Part shown: positions 14,998 through 22,346 of the stretch, in pieces
Position numbering within the stretch: the first letter of the stretch is position 1
Layout of the letters: every line of letters begins with the position of its first letter
DNA from: Candidatus Methylomirabilis oxygeniifera
Lineage (GTDB): Bacteria > Methylomirabilota > Methylomirabilia > Methylomirabilales > Methylomirabilaceae
Direction: 5' to 3'
DNA length: 32,000 bases
Assembly: GCA_000091165.1 (NCBI GenBank)
Contig: FP565575.1
Coordinates: 2,160,001-2,192,000 of the forward strand
Made by a program: the position numbers and the translations under genes
Notes under the pieces: model-generated
Databases searched by the model: none
The model's input: only the letters and a program-made list of their open reading frames with translations
What the model was told of the DNA's origin: nothing

Positions 14998-15507
14998 ATG
15001 GCGAAACTGTCGATTCTACTCTACCCATCTCCCGTCATCCGTAAGAAGTCTGTGTCGGTGACGTCGATTAACGGCGAGCTTCAGCGCTTCATCGACGACA
15101 TGGTGGAAACGATGTATGCGGCTCCGGGCATGGGGCTTGCCGCTCCCCAAGTGGGAGCACTCAAGCGGGTCATCGTCCTGGACCCATCCGACGATCGTAC
15201 GTCGCATCGGCCTATGGCCCTTATCAATCCCGTGCTGGTCGCCGGTGAAGGACAGATCGTAGATGAAGAGGGATGTCTCTGTATCCCGGACCTGAATGAG
15301 CCGGTCTCGCGATTCAAGCAGGTGGTCGTAAAAGCCTACGATCGGAACGAGAAGGAGATCATTCTGGAGGGGGCCGACCTGCTGGCGCGTATCCTGCAGC
15401 ACGAGATCGACCACTTGGATGGTATCCTATTTATCGACCGCCTGAGTACGGCAAAGCGCCTCCTGCTCAAGCGGCGGCTCAAGAAGGCAGCCAAACAGGG
15501 GGACTAG
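14998..15507 (+). CDS. def: Peptide deformylase
   Basis: 169 aa with the three signature motifs GLAAPQVG, EGCLCIP and HEIDHLDG. Confidence 0.95.
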   Translation: MAKLSILLYPSPVIRKKSVSVTSINGELQRFIDDMVETMYAAPGMGLAAPQVGALKRVIVLDPSDDRTSHRPMALINPVLVAGEGQIVDEEGCLCIPDLNEPVSRFKQVVVKAYDRNEKEIILEGADLLARILQHEIDHLDGILFIDRLSTAKRLLLKRRLKKAAKQGD

Positions 15508-15569
15508 CTTTCGGCGATCAGCAGTCAGCTTGAAGCTGAAGGCTGAACGCTGATGGCTCTGACTGCTAT
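15507..15569. repeat. Heptad-repeat hairpin element, TCAGC/GCTGA type (copy D), 9 x 7 nt, between convergent genes
   Basis: GCTTTCG GCGATCA GCAGTCA GCTTGAA GCTGAAG GCTGAAC GCTGATG GCTCTGA CTGCTAT. Stem is AGCAGTCAG / CTGACTGCT. Touches the def stop (15505-15507) and the SurA-like stop (15566-15568). Confidence 0.85.
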
Positions 15570-16615
15570 AACTTCATTTCAACGTTGGCTTTGGTCCTGA
15601 GACTCTCAATCCACTCCTTGAATTTCGTCTCGGTCTTTTGCTCAAACAGCAGAGCGCGGAGGCGCTCCTTCACCTGATCGAATGACAGGGTCTGACCGGG
15701 AACCCGCTCCTCGACGACAATAAGGTGGAAGCCGGCCGGAGTCGTGATGATGCCGCTGGGCTGTCCGATCGGGAGGGCGAGAGCAGCCTGCTCCAACTCC
15801 GGTGCGAGTTCTCCGTGCTTCATCGTCCAGACCTCGCCGCTGGACGACGCGAGCGGCCCTTCCGCATATTGCTTGGCGACCGTCGCGAACTGTGTTCCCT
15901 TCTTAAGAAGCGTCTGCGCTTCCTCGATCCGCTTCTTGGCTCGCGACAGCTCGCCGGGCGTCGCCTGAGGGGGCGTAGCCACGAGGAGATGGCGAATCTT
16001 GAATTGCGGGATCTCCCTGAATTGGTCCTGCCGTTGCTCGTAATATTGCTGGACCTCCTCATCGAGAACGACGACCTTGGCTCGTACCCGCCTCGCCACC
16101 AGCTTCGTCAGCATCACCTGGTCGGCAATCCCCTTCCGAAACTGCTCCTCGCTGAGTTGTTCTCTGGACAGCGCAGCCCTGAGTTCCTCGTCGCTGGCTA
16201 ACCCATTACGCTTCTTTAATTCCTCGATGGCGGACTGTATCTCCGCAGGGGCCGTCTCGATCTTCTCCTTTGTCGCCTCCTGAAGCTGTAACCTCCTGAG
16301 AATCAGCTCGTCCAGAATCTGGCGTTCCGTACTGCGAAGCAGCCGCTCTCGCTCCGCTCCCAGCGTTTCCCGTACGATCCTTCGGATAGCCTGAATCCCC
16401 TCCTCTTGCACGTCGGTCAGGGTAATCACATCATCGTTGACAACGGCAACGATGCGATCGAGGATCACCGCATCGGCGCCTGAAGCGGCGAAAACACTGA
16501 GCAGAAGGATAACAGTCATAAGGGAAGCGTGGAGCGTGGAGCGTGGAGCGTGGAAGGATAGACCGACCCTGCTCTGCCGCCTGCCGCCTGCCGCCTGCTG
16601 CCTTGCTCGTTTCAT
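15566..16615 (-). CDS. SurA-like periplasmic chaperone / PpiC-type peptidyl-prolyl isomerase
   Basis: SurA N-terminal-like helical domain plus a parvulin domain (FKIRHLLV...GELSRAKKRIEEAQ...GG.V..M..GEL.PE...A...L..GQ.SGII.T..GFHLI). Start taken at ATG 16615, which overlaps the mfd stop as ATGA. An alternative internal ATG at 16519 lacks a charged n-region. Confidence 0.8.
   Translation of the reverse strand: MKRARQQAAGGRRQSRVGLSFHAPRSTLHASLMTVILLLSVFAASGADAVILDRIVAVVNDDVITLTDVQEEGIQAIRRIVRETLGAERERLLRSTERQILDELILRRLQLQEATKEKIETAPAEIQSAIEELKKRNGLASDEELRAALSREQLSEEQFRKGIADQVMLTKLVARRVRAKVVVLDEEVQQYYEQRQDQFREIPQFKIRHLLVATPPQATPGELSRAKKRIEEAQTLLKKGTQFATVAKQYAEGPLASSSGEVWTMKHGELAPELEQAALALPIGQPSGIITTPAGFHLIVVEERVPGQTLSFDQVKERLRALLFEQKTETKFKEWIESLRTKANVEMKL
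16523..16606. repeat. Heptad tandem-repeat element (copy E), 12 x 7 nt in one register, no obvious hairpin
   Basis: GGAAGCG TGGAGCG TGGAGCG TGGAGCG TGGAAGG ATAGACC GACCCTG CTCTGCC GCCTGCC GCCTGCC GCCTGCT GCCTTGC. Corresponds to codons 4-31 counted from ATG 16615 (codons 6-33 of the ORF-track ORF starting at GTG 16621). Confidence 0.8.
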
Positions 16616-19600
16616 CGACACGCCTGAAGACGCGACAATAGCGTCTGAGCAATAGCGATCTTGTCGCCTCCCTCTACCTTGTATTCCAGTTCATCGTACC
16701 CTGTACGGTAACCTCCCACGGGCCCCCCTTTTGTAGAGGAGGGATGGGAGGATTTCGGAATATAGCGTAATCGGCCGCCCTCTTCACGAAGCAGAGTCGC
16801 GACCTTGTCCGGAGCAAGCGGCGGCGACTCATCGAACACGATACGGATCGTCTTGCCCACGACAACAGCCTCGCGAATGTGGAGCGTCCGGGCCAGGATT
16901 CTAAGCGCCATCGCGGTCAGCAGCCGTTCCGTCTCTGGAGGAGGCTCACCAAAGCGATCGACCAGCTCCTCTCGAAGGGCGGAGACCTCCGACAACCCAG
17001 AGAACGCGGCCAATCGCTTGTAGAGCTGGAGCCGTACGTTGGAATCCTCTATATAGATCTCCGGCAGATACCCTTCCGCCTCCAGCCTGATGACAGGCTC
17101 GACGGGTTCCGCCACCGCCTGACCCTTCAACTCTTTGACCGTTGACTCGATCAATCGGCAGTACAGATCAATCCCTACGGCGGCGATCTGGCCGTGCTGC
17201 TCCGGTCCCAGGAGGTTACCCGTGCCCCTGATCTCCAGATCTCTCGCCGCCACCTTGAATCCGGAGCCAAGCTCGGTCAGTTCTGCAATGACCTGGAGTC
17301 GCTTCTTTGCCGTCTCAGACAGCGCAGCATCCTTCGGTACCAGGAGGTAGGCGTAGGCTCGATGCTTGTCCCGACCGACCCGTCCGCGAAGCTGATAGAG
17401 CTGCGCGAGGCCCAAGGCATCGGCTCGATCGATAATGATCGTGTTGGCGGCGCTGACATCCAGGCCGGATTCGATAATCGTGGTACACAACAGGACATTG
17501 AATGTGCCGTCGTAGAAGTCGCACATGATCCGTTCCAGGCGTTCTTCCGGTAATTCGCCGTGCGCCACCGCCAGTCTCGCCTCAGGAACCAACTGCTTGA
17601 TCAGACGCGCCACGCCCTGGATGCTCTCCACGCGATTATGGACGAAGAAGACCTGCCCCCCTCTGTCCAGCTCGTGCTCTATCGCCTCTTTGATGAGCGC
17701 CGGGTCGAACCTGGCGACGGTCGTTTTGATCGAGAGACGGTTATCCGGCGCGGTCTCGATGGTGCTGATGTCCCGGACTCCCAACATCGACATATGAAGG
17801 GTCCGCGGAATCGGTGTGGCGGTAAGCGTCAGGACATCGACCTGTCGCCGCAGTTGCTTCATGCGCTCCTTAGCCGCGACGCCAAAGCGGTGCTCCTCAT
17901 CCACCACTAACAGCCCCAGGTCTCGAAACCGGACATCCTTCTGGAGCAGGCGGTGGGTGCCGATCACGATATCGACAACCCCCTCACCGACGCCACGCAG
18001 CACCTCGCTCTGCTCCTTGCGGCTGCGGAAGCGTGAGAGCATCTCAACCTTAGCCGGAAAGCCGCCGAACCGCTCGGAAAACGTCTGAAAATGCTGCAGG
18101 GCAAGGACCGTAGTCGGCACCAGCACCGCGACCTGCTTTCCCCCTATGATCGTCTTAAAGGCGGCCCGCATCGCCACCTCGGTCTTACCGTATCCGACGT
18201 CGCCGCAGATCAGACGGTCCATCGGCCGGTCTCGCTCCATGTCGGCCTTGACGTCGGCGATCGCCTGGAGTTGGTCCGGGGTTTCCTCATATGGAAATCC
18301 AGCCTCGAATTCCCGTTGCCACGGCGTATCGGGGGGGAGGGCATGCCCTTTGATGACCTGTCTGGACGCATACAGCGCGAGCAACTCCTGGGCCATCTCG
18401 CGAACGGACGCCTTGACCCGCTCCTTGGCCTTGGCCCACGAGGCGCTCCCCAACCGGTCGAGGGTCGGTGGATTGCTGTCAGCACCCGCATACCGATGGA
18501 TCAGGTGGAGTTTACCGGTAGGCACATACAGCTTGGCGTGCTCGGCATAGAGGATGAGCAGGTAGTCACCCTCCGTCCCGCCCACAGTAAGCTGCCGCAG
18601 CCCTTTGTACACACCGATCCCGTGATCCTCGTGAACCACAAAATCGCCATAGGTCAACTCCTGGTACGAGGCAAGAGGGGAGATCTCCTTTGGTCGCAAG
18701 CGTCGAGGTGGGATGTGCCGAGCCCCAAAGATCTCGGCTTCGGTGATATAGGTCAGCAATGCCTCATCCAGATGAAAGCCGCTGCTGAGCTCGTGAGAAA
18801 GAACGGCAATCTCACCCGGCGACGCCACGCCGAGCCCGACAGACGCCGCGACATCGTGCTCCCTCAGTACCTCAGCCAGGCGCCCACCCTGGGCCTCACT
18901 CCTGCAGACCAGGTGGATTTTCCGACCCTGCCGACGCCACTCTTGGAGGTCGCGTATCAATTCGGTCATTCGTCCACGGTAGGCCGGAATGGTGCGTACC
19001 TGAAACCCGAGAGTCGCCTCTTCCGCAAGGCTGTTCGTCGGTAAGAACTCCTCCATGTAGATCCGCGGCCGCAGAGAGAGCCTCTGTTCAACGTCGCTCC
19101 AGTCGACCAGTGAGGTGGACGGCGCGACGTCGCGCGCCGCAGCCCGGAGGCCGGTCGGATCTATCAAGACCCACAAGGCATCCGGAGCTACGTACTGCAG
19201 GAGATCGGCCGGTTCCGGATAGAAGTATGGAAGATACGTATCGAGGCCCAGGACCTGTCGCCGATCCTCAAGCGCCGTGATGATCTCGGACGGAACCGAG
19301 CTGTCCCGGGTCTTCTTCATCGCGCGGAGCACCTCGAGGGCCCGCCGACATACCTCACCGGTCAATGGCGCCTCTACAACCGGCAGGACGGTCACCTGCT
19401 CAACGGAGCCGATGGACCGCTGGGTAGCCGGATCGAATGCACGGAGTTCAAGTATCTCGTCACCGAAGAACTCAGCGCGAACAGGACAATCCGGCGGTTC
19501 GACACGGCCTGTGGTGAGCCCGGTCGAACCGTTCAGGCTGGGTGTGAGGGGGAACAGGTCGAGGAGGTTCCCGCGCAGGCTGTATTCGCCGCGGTCTGTC

Positions 19601-20085
19601 GTCTGATGCACTCGACGGTAACCACCTGTCTCGAGAACGCCAACCAGTTCATCCCGCGCGATCAGTCGTCCGACGTACAGCGTAAAGGCGGCTCCCAGGA
19701 TAGCCGAGGGAGGCGCAAGGCGTTCGAGGGCCGCTTGAAGACAGACAACTGCAAGGTCACAGTTCTTGGTCGCCAGACCCGTCAGACAGGTAATCCGCTG
19801 ATACCCGGTCTCTGGATCCTCATCGCGTTCGGCCATGACACCTACCGAGTCGCGGAAGAAGACTTGCAGATCCTTCGCCAGCAGCTCGGCCTCAGCAGAC
19901 GAGGAGGTTACGACCACGAGAGGGCGACCCGACCGGCGAGCGATCTGGGAAAGGATCAACGCTTTCGAGGCTCCGAAAAGGCCGGTGAGATATAGCGCGT
20001 CCGCTCCGCTGTCAAGTCGGTCCACGATCTCGCCGATCTCCGGGATTCGGAGATCTTCCGCCAACTCCATCGATCGTATTACCAT
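16612..20085 (-). CDS. mfd: Transcription-repair coupling factor Mfd
   Basis: UvrB-homology N-terminus, CarD/TRCF RNAP-interacting domain, superfamily-2 translocase motifs (GDVGYGKTEVA, DEEHRFGV, LTATPIPRT, QLRGRVGR) and a C-terminal TRCF domain. Start set at ATG 20085 (alternative 20070). The 43 upstream codons in the ORF track cross a palindrome and the rfaE2-like gene end. Confidence 0.95.
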   Translation of the reverse strand: MVIRSMELAEDLRIPEIGEIVDRLDSGADALYLTGLFGASKALILSQIARRSGRPLVVVTSSSAEAELLAKDLQVFFRDSVGVMAERDEDPETGYQRITCLTGLATKNCDLAVVCLQAALERLAPPSAILGAAFTLYVGRLIARDELVGVLETGGYRRVHQTTDRGEYSLRGNLLDLFPLTPSLNGSTGLTTGRVEPPDCPVRAEFFGDEILELRAFDPATQRSIGSVEQVTVLPVVEAPLTGEVCRRALEVLRAMKKTRDSSVPSEIITALEDRRQVLGLDTYLPYFYPEPADLLQYVAPDALWVLIDPTGLRAAARDVAPSTSLVDWSDVEQRLSLRPRIYMEEFLPTNSLAEEATLGFQVRTIPAYRGRMTELIRDLQEWRRQGRKIHLVCRSEAQGGRLAEVLREHDVAASVGLGVASPGEIAVLSHELSSGFHLDEALLTYITEAEIFGARHIPPRRLRPKEISPLASYQELTYGDFVVHEDHGIGVYKGLRQLTVGGTEGDYLLILYAEHAKLYVPTGKLHLIHRYAGADSNPPTLDRLGSASWAKAKERVKASVREMAQELLALYASRQVIKGHALPPDTPWQREFEAGFPYEETPDQLQAIADVKADMERDRPMDRLICGDVGYGKTEVAMRAAFKTIIGGKQVAVLVPTTVLALQHFQTFSERFGGFPAKVEMLSRFRSRKEQSEVLRGVGEGVVDIVIGTHRLLQKDVRFRDLGLLVVDEEHRFGVAAKERMKQLRRQVDVLTLTATPIPRTLHMSMLGVRDISTIETAPDNRLSIKTTVARFDPALIKEAIEHELDRGGQVFFVHNRVESIQGVARLIKQLVPEARLAVAHGELPEERLERIMCDFYDGTFNVLLCTTIIESGLDVSAANTIIIDRADALGLAQLYQLRGRVGRDKHRAYAYLLVPKDAALSETAKKRLQVIAELTELGSGFKVAARDLEIRGTGNLLGPEQHGQIAAVGIDLYCRLIESTVKELKGQAVAEPVEPVIRLEAEGYLPEIYIEDSNVRLQLYKRLAAFSGLSEVSALREELVDRFGEPPPETERLLTAMALRILARTLHIREAVVVGKTIRIVFDESPPLAPDKVATLLREEGGRLRYIPKSSHPSSTKGGPVGGYRTGYDELEYKVEGGDKIAIAQTLLSRLQACR

Positions 20086-20099
20086 ACGGTCAGCACTCA

Positions 20100-20127
20100 G
20101 TAGGGGCACGTTGCAACGTGCCCCTAC
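20100..20127. repeat. 28-bp perfect palindrome GTAGGGGCACGT-TGCA-ACGTGCCCCTAC
   Basis: 12-bp GC-rich arms around a TGCA centre. Contains the rfaE2-like stop codon (20124-20126) and lies about 15 nt upstream of the mfd start. No U-tract follows on the transcribed strand. Confidence 0.85.
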
Positions 20128-20615
20128 AGCCGTGTCATTTCCATGATACGACGTACGATACGACTTGTAGAACAGCCCTCCACCAACGGGATCGTAACGA
20201 CCAGCCCGCCACACCTCTCTACCGTCTCCCGCCCCACGACGTCTTCCATCGCCCAGTCGGCGCCCTTGACCAACACATCGGGCTCAAGCGCTGCGATGAC
20301 GCAGCTCGGATCCGCCTCCTCAAAGATTACCACGTAGTCGACCGAGGCCAGAGCCGACAGCAACTCTGCCCGTTCATCCTGCAAGAGCACGGGTCTGGAC
20401 GGGCCCTTCAGAAGTCGAACGGATGCGTCACTGTTCAGACCAACAATCAATAGGTCGCCCAACGCCCTTGCTTGCTGCAACAGGCGGGTATGTCCCCGGT
20501 GAAGCAAATCAAAACAGCCGTTGGTAAAAACTGTCCGCTCTCCCAGCGCCCGACGCCGCCTGACGATCGCAACCAGCTCATGCAAGGTTCTGAGCTTTCC
20601 GACATCGACCGTCAT
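20124..20615 (-). CDS. D-glycero-beta-D-manno-heptose 1-phosphate adenylyltransferase (RfaE domain II / HldC-like cytidylyltransferase fold)
   Basis: 163 aa from the ATG that overlaps the upstream gene stop as ATGA. Carries FTNGCFDLLHRGH (the HxGH nucleotidyltransferase motif) and typical RfaE2 blocks (VGLNSD.SV..LKG..RP, VDYVV.FEE..P). Confidence 0.85.
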   Translation of the reverse strand: MTVDVGKLRTLHELVAIVRRRRALGERTVFTNGCFDLLHRGHTRLLQQARALGDLLIVGLNSDASVRLLKGPSRPVLLQDERAELLSALASVDYVVIFEEADPSCVIAALEPDVLVKGADWAMEDVVGRETVERCGGLVVTIPLVEGCSTSRIVRRIMEMTRL

Positions 20616-20872
20616 TCCGGCGTCCCGATCTCTCCTGGAACAACGGAGAGCAATCCGCACAGAACGGCCTGCTCGATCAGCCGTCTCCCTTTTTCAGCAT
20701 ACGGGGCGGAGGTCATCAGCCGAATCTCCCCAAGCGGACCGAAGGTAATCCCCTGAAATCCGCCGACTCGCATAGAACGAATCCAGCACGGCACACCATA
20801 CCGTTGCAGATGCAGACGGAGAAGGTCCGCCTGCATCTCATCATACGTCGTATAAATCATCCGCTCATACAT
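20612..20872 (-). CDS. DUF2007-like small protein (putative signal-transducing beta-alpha-beta fold)
   Basis: About 86 aa (MYERMIYTTYDEMQADLLRLHLQRYGVPCWIRS...) resembling DUF2007 proteins. Translationally coupled to the downstream adenylyltransferase gene. Start uncertain (20872 or 20860). Confidence 0.55.
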   Translation of the reverse strand: MYERMIYTTYDEMQADLLRLHLQRYGVPCWIRSMRVGGFQGITFGPLGEIRLMTSAPYAEKGRRLIEQAVLCGLLSVVPGEIGTPE

Positions 20873-21085
20873 CCGCAGCCTGGACTGGACCGACGATAAC
20901 CCGATTGAACGACGTAAGACAAAGCAGTATCCCGGAAGAGGGACCGGGCCTGAGGAATGGACCAACGCAGCAACGTGGCGTCACGACTTCCGCGGTAACC
21001 CTTTGAACGATGTCCGAGGGCAATTCGACTCTTGGCGCACCAACCAGCGGTCAATTCGGAGAGACGATCGCCTTCCCTCTCTCCC

Positions 21086-21778
21086 CTATTGCAAAACGAG
21101 ATGGGCCCTCCGATTCCATTTCCAGGCCGACTCATCGTGGCCTGTGGCGAAGGGCCGCTCCTTCCCATAGCTGACGACCTTCATCTTCCTGGCGCTGATC
21201 CCGGCCTCTACGAGATAACTCTTGACCGACATTGCGCGTCGCTGGCCGAGCGCCTGGTTGTACTCTACGGTTCCGCGCTCATCGCAGTGGCCCTCGATGA
21301 TGATCGAGGCCGTCGGATTGGCCTTCAACCATCGAACATTCTCCGCGAGGCCCTTTGCCATCTCCGTCCGAATCGACGATCTGTCGAAATCGAAGAAAAT
21401 GTCTTTCAGGGGTGACGCCTTCTCTGCTGCTGCGCTCGCCCCGGCGGGGATCCTTGCCACCGGCGCACCGGCCATTTTTTCTCTCAGCGCAGTAAAGGCG
21501 GTCCGGCACTTACCGTTTATGCGGGCGTCCGGGTCCGCGAACGGATTGAACTCTGTAGCCTCGTGAGTCATCCAATCCAGACACGCTTCTGCGCCGGCGT
21601 ATTCCTCAGGCGCGCGCTTCTCTGCGCCCGAGGCCTTCGCCTCAGCGAGGGCGACCTTCATGCCCTCTATCTCGGGGCGATACGACGCGGTGGTTGCGCA
21701 CCCTGCAATGATCAGGGCCATCGATACACTGAGTAGTACGAAATGGATTACCCGGCCCATCTTCGGACTCCCACTCAT
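21086..21778 (-). CDS. OmpA/Pal-family lipoprotein with N-terminal DUF4398-like helical domain
   Basis: Lipobox LIIAGC. C-terminal OmpA_C peptidoglycan-binding domain (FDFD.S.I......L......L.....IIIEGHCDERGT.EYN.ALG.RRA..V..YL...G). Confidence 0.85.
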   Translation of the reverse strand: MSGSPKMGRVIHFVLLSVSMALIIAGCATTASYRPEIEGMKVALAEAKASGAEKRAPEEYAGAEACLDWMTHEATEFNPFADPDARINGKCRTAFTALREKMAGAPVARIPAGASAAAEKASPLKDIFFDFDRSSIRTEMAKGLAENVRWLKANPTASIIIEGHCDERGTVEYNQALGQRRAMSVKSYLVEAGISARKMKVVSYGKERPFATGHDESAWKWNRRAHLVLQ

Positions 21779-21803
21779 CTTTACGCTCTCCCCTTTGAGC
21801 CAA

Positions 21804-21838
21804 CTGTCGGCTTATGGCTGTCGGCCATCAGCTTATTG
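21804..21838. repeat. Short heptad array (CTGTCGG CTTATGG CTGTCGG CCATCAG CTTATTG), possible degenerate family member
   Basis: Five phased 7-mers in the 54-nt gap between the DUF4398 gene stop and the OmpA-like start. The minus strand reads ...CTGATGG CCGACAG CCATAAG CCGACAG. Confidence 0.45.
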
Positions 21839-22207
21839 TCTGCGCTGCGCAATCGCCTTAGCTTCTTCTGCGGCTTGCCTGGCAATCTTAGCCGCTGTCT
21901 CCGCCGCCGCCAAGTCGCGATCCAATAACTCATCTTCAGCAAGGAGAATATACTCCCTCGCTTTAGCCATCGAGTATCGAGCTGCGCTAAGATTCGCCGC
22001 ACCGGCAGCTTGAGCCTCAGCCACGGCAGCTTTGGCTGCCATCACCGAAGCGGGCGCAGTCCGCTCCCCGGTGACCCAATCATAGGATTCCGACCTGAGA
22101 TGGATCCCTGAGCACCCCCACAGCACTACCCCTCCACTGATGACGATAAGCGCAAGGAGCTGCCGAGCAACCCCACCTCTGGCTCCCATCACATCCCTCC
22201 CGTACAA
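21833..22207 (-). CDS. DUF4398-like helical lipoprotein
   Basis: Lipobox VLWGC followed by an Ala/Glu-rich helical domain (AKAAVAEAQAAGA...YSMAKAREYILLAEDEL...). Paired with the DUF4398-OmpA gene downstream. Confidence 0.6.
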   Translation of the reverse strand: MYGRDVMGARGGVARQLLALIVISGGVVLWGCSGIHLRSESYDWVTGERTAPASVMAAKAAVAEAQAAGAANLSAARYSMAKAREYILLAEDELLDRDLAAAETAAKIARQAAEEAKAIAQRRQ

Positions 22208-22310
22208 TCCACAGATAGCTGACGACTGTCTCCTGGCGGCCGGACCTTGCCGGCCGATTGGTCAGGCACGCTCAATTTATCACACTCTGTTGCCTCGCGT
22301 CAAAGGCGAC

Positions 22311-22346
22311 CACGCCCTTCGATCGGTTGCGCTAACGAAGGGCGTG
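22311..22346 (-). terminator. Stem-loop spanning the copCD stop codon (11-bp perfect stem, 14-nt loop)
   Basis: CACGCCCTTCG (22311-22321) pairs with CGAAGGGCGTG (22336-22346). On the minus-strand RNA it is followed by GUCGCCUUUG, a weak U-tract. Confidence 0.4.

Noticed and set aside
18091-19044. 317-aa plus-strand ORF
   Set aside because: Antisense within mfd, with low-complexity Arg/Leu/Gly/Pro-rich translation.
20086-20214. 43-codon N-terminal extension of Mfd in the ORF track
   Set aside because: Crosses the 28-bp palindrome and overlaps the 3' end of the rfaE2-like gene. Alignment to Mfd begins near MVIRSMELAEDL.
20873-21085. 213-bp gap between the OmpA-like gene and the DUF2007 gene, inspected for a tRNA, 6S-like or other small RNA
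   Set aside because: No T-loop or anticodon-arm pattern and no long closing stem. Only short local hairpins. ORF 20857..21168 there looks spurious.
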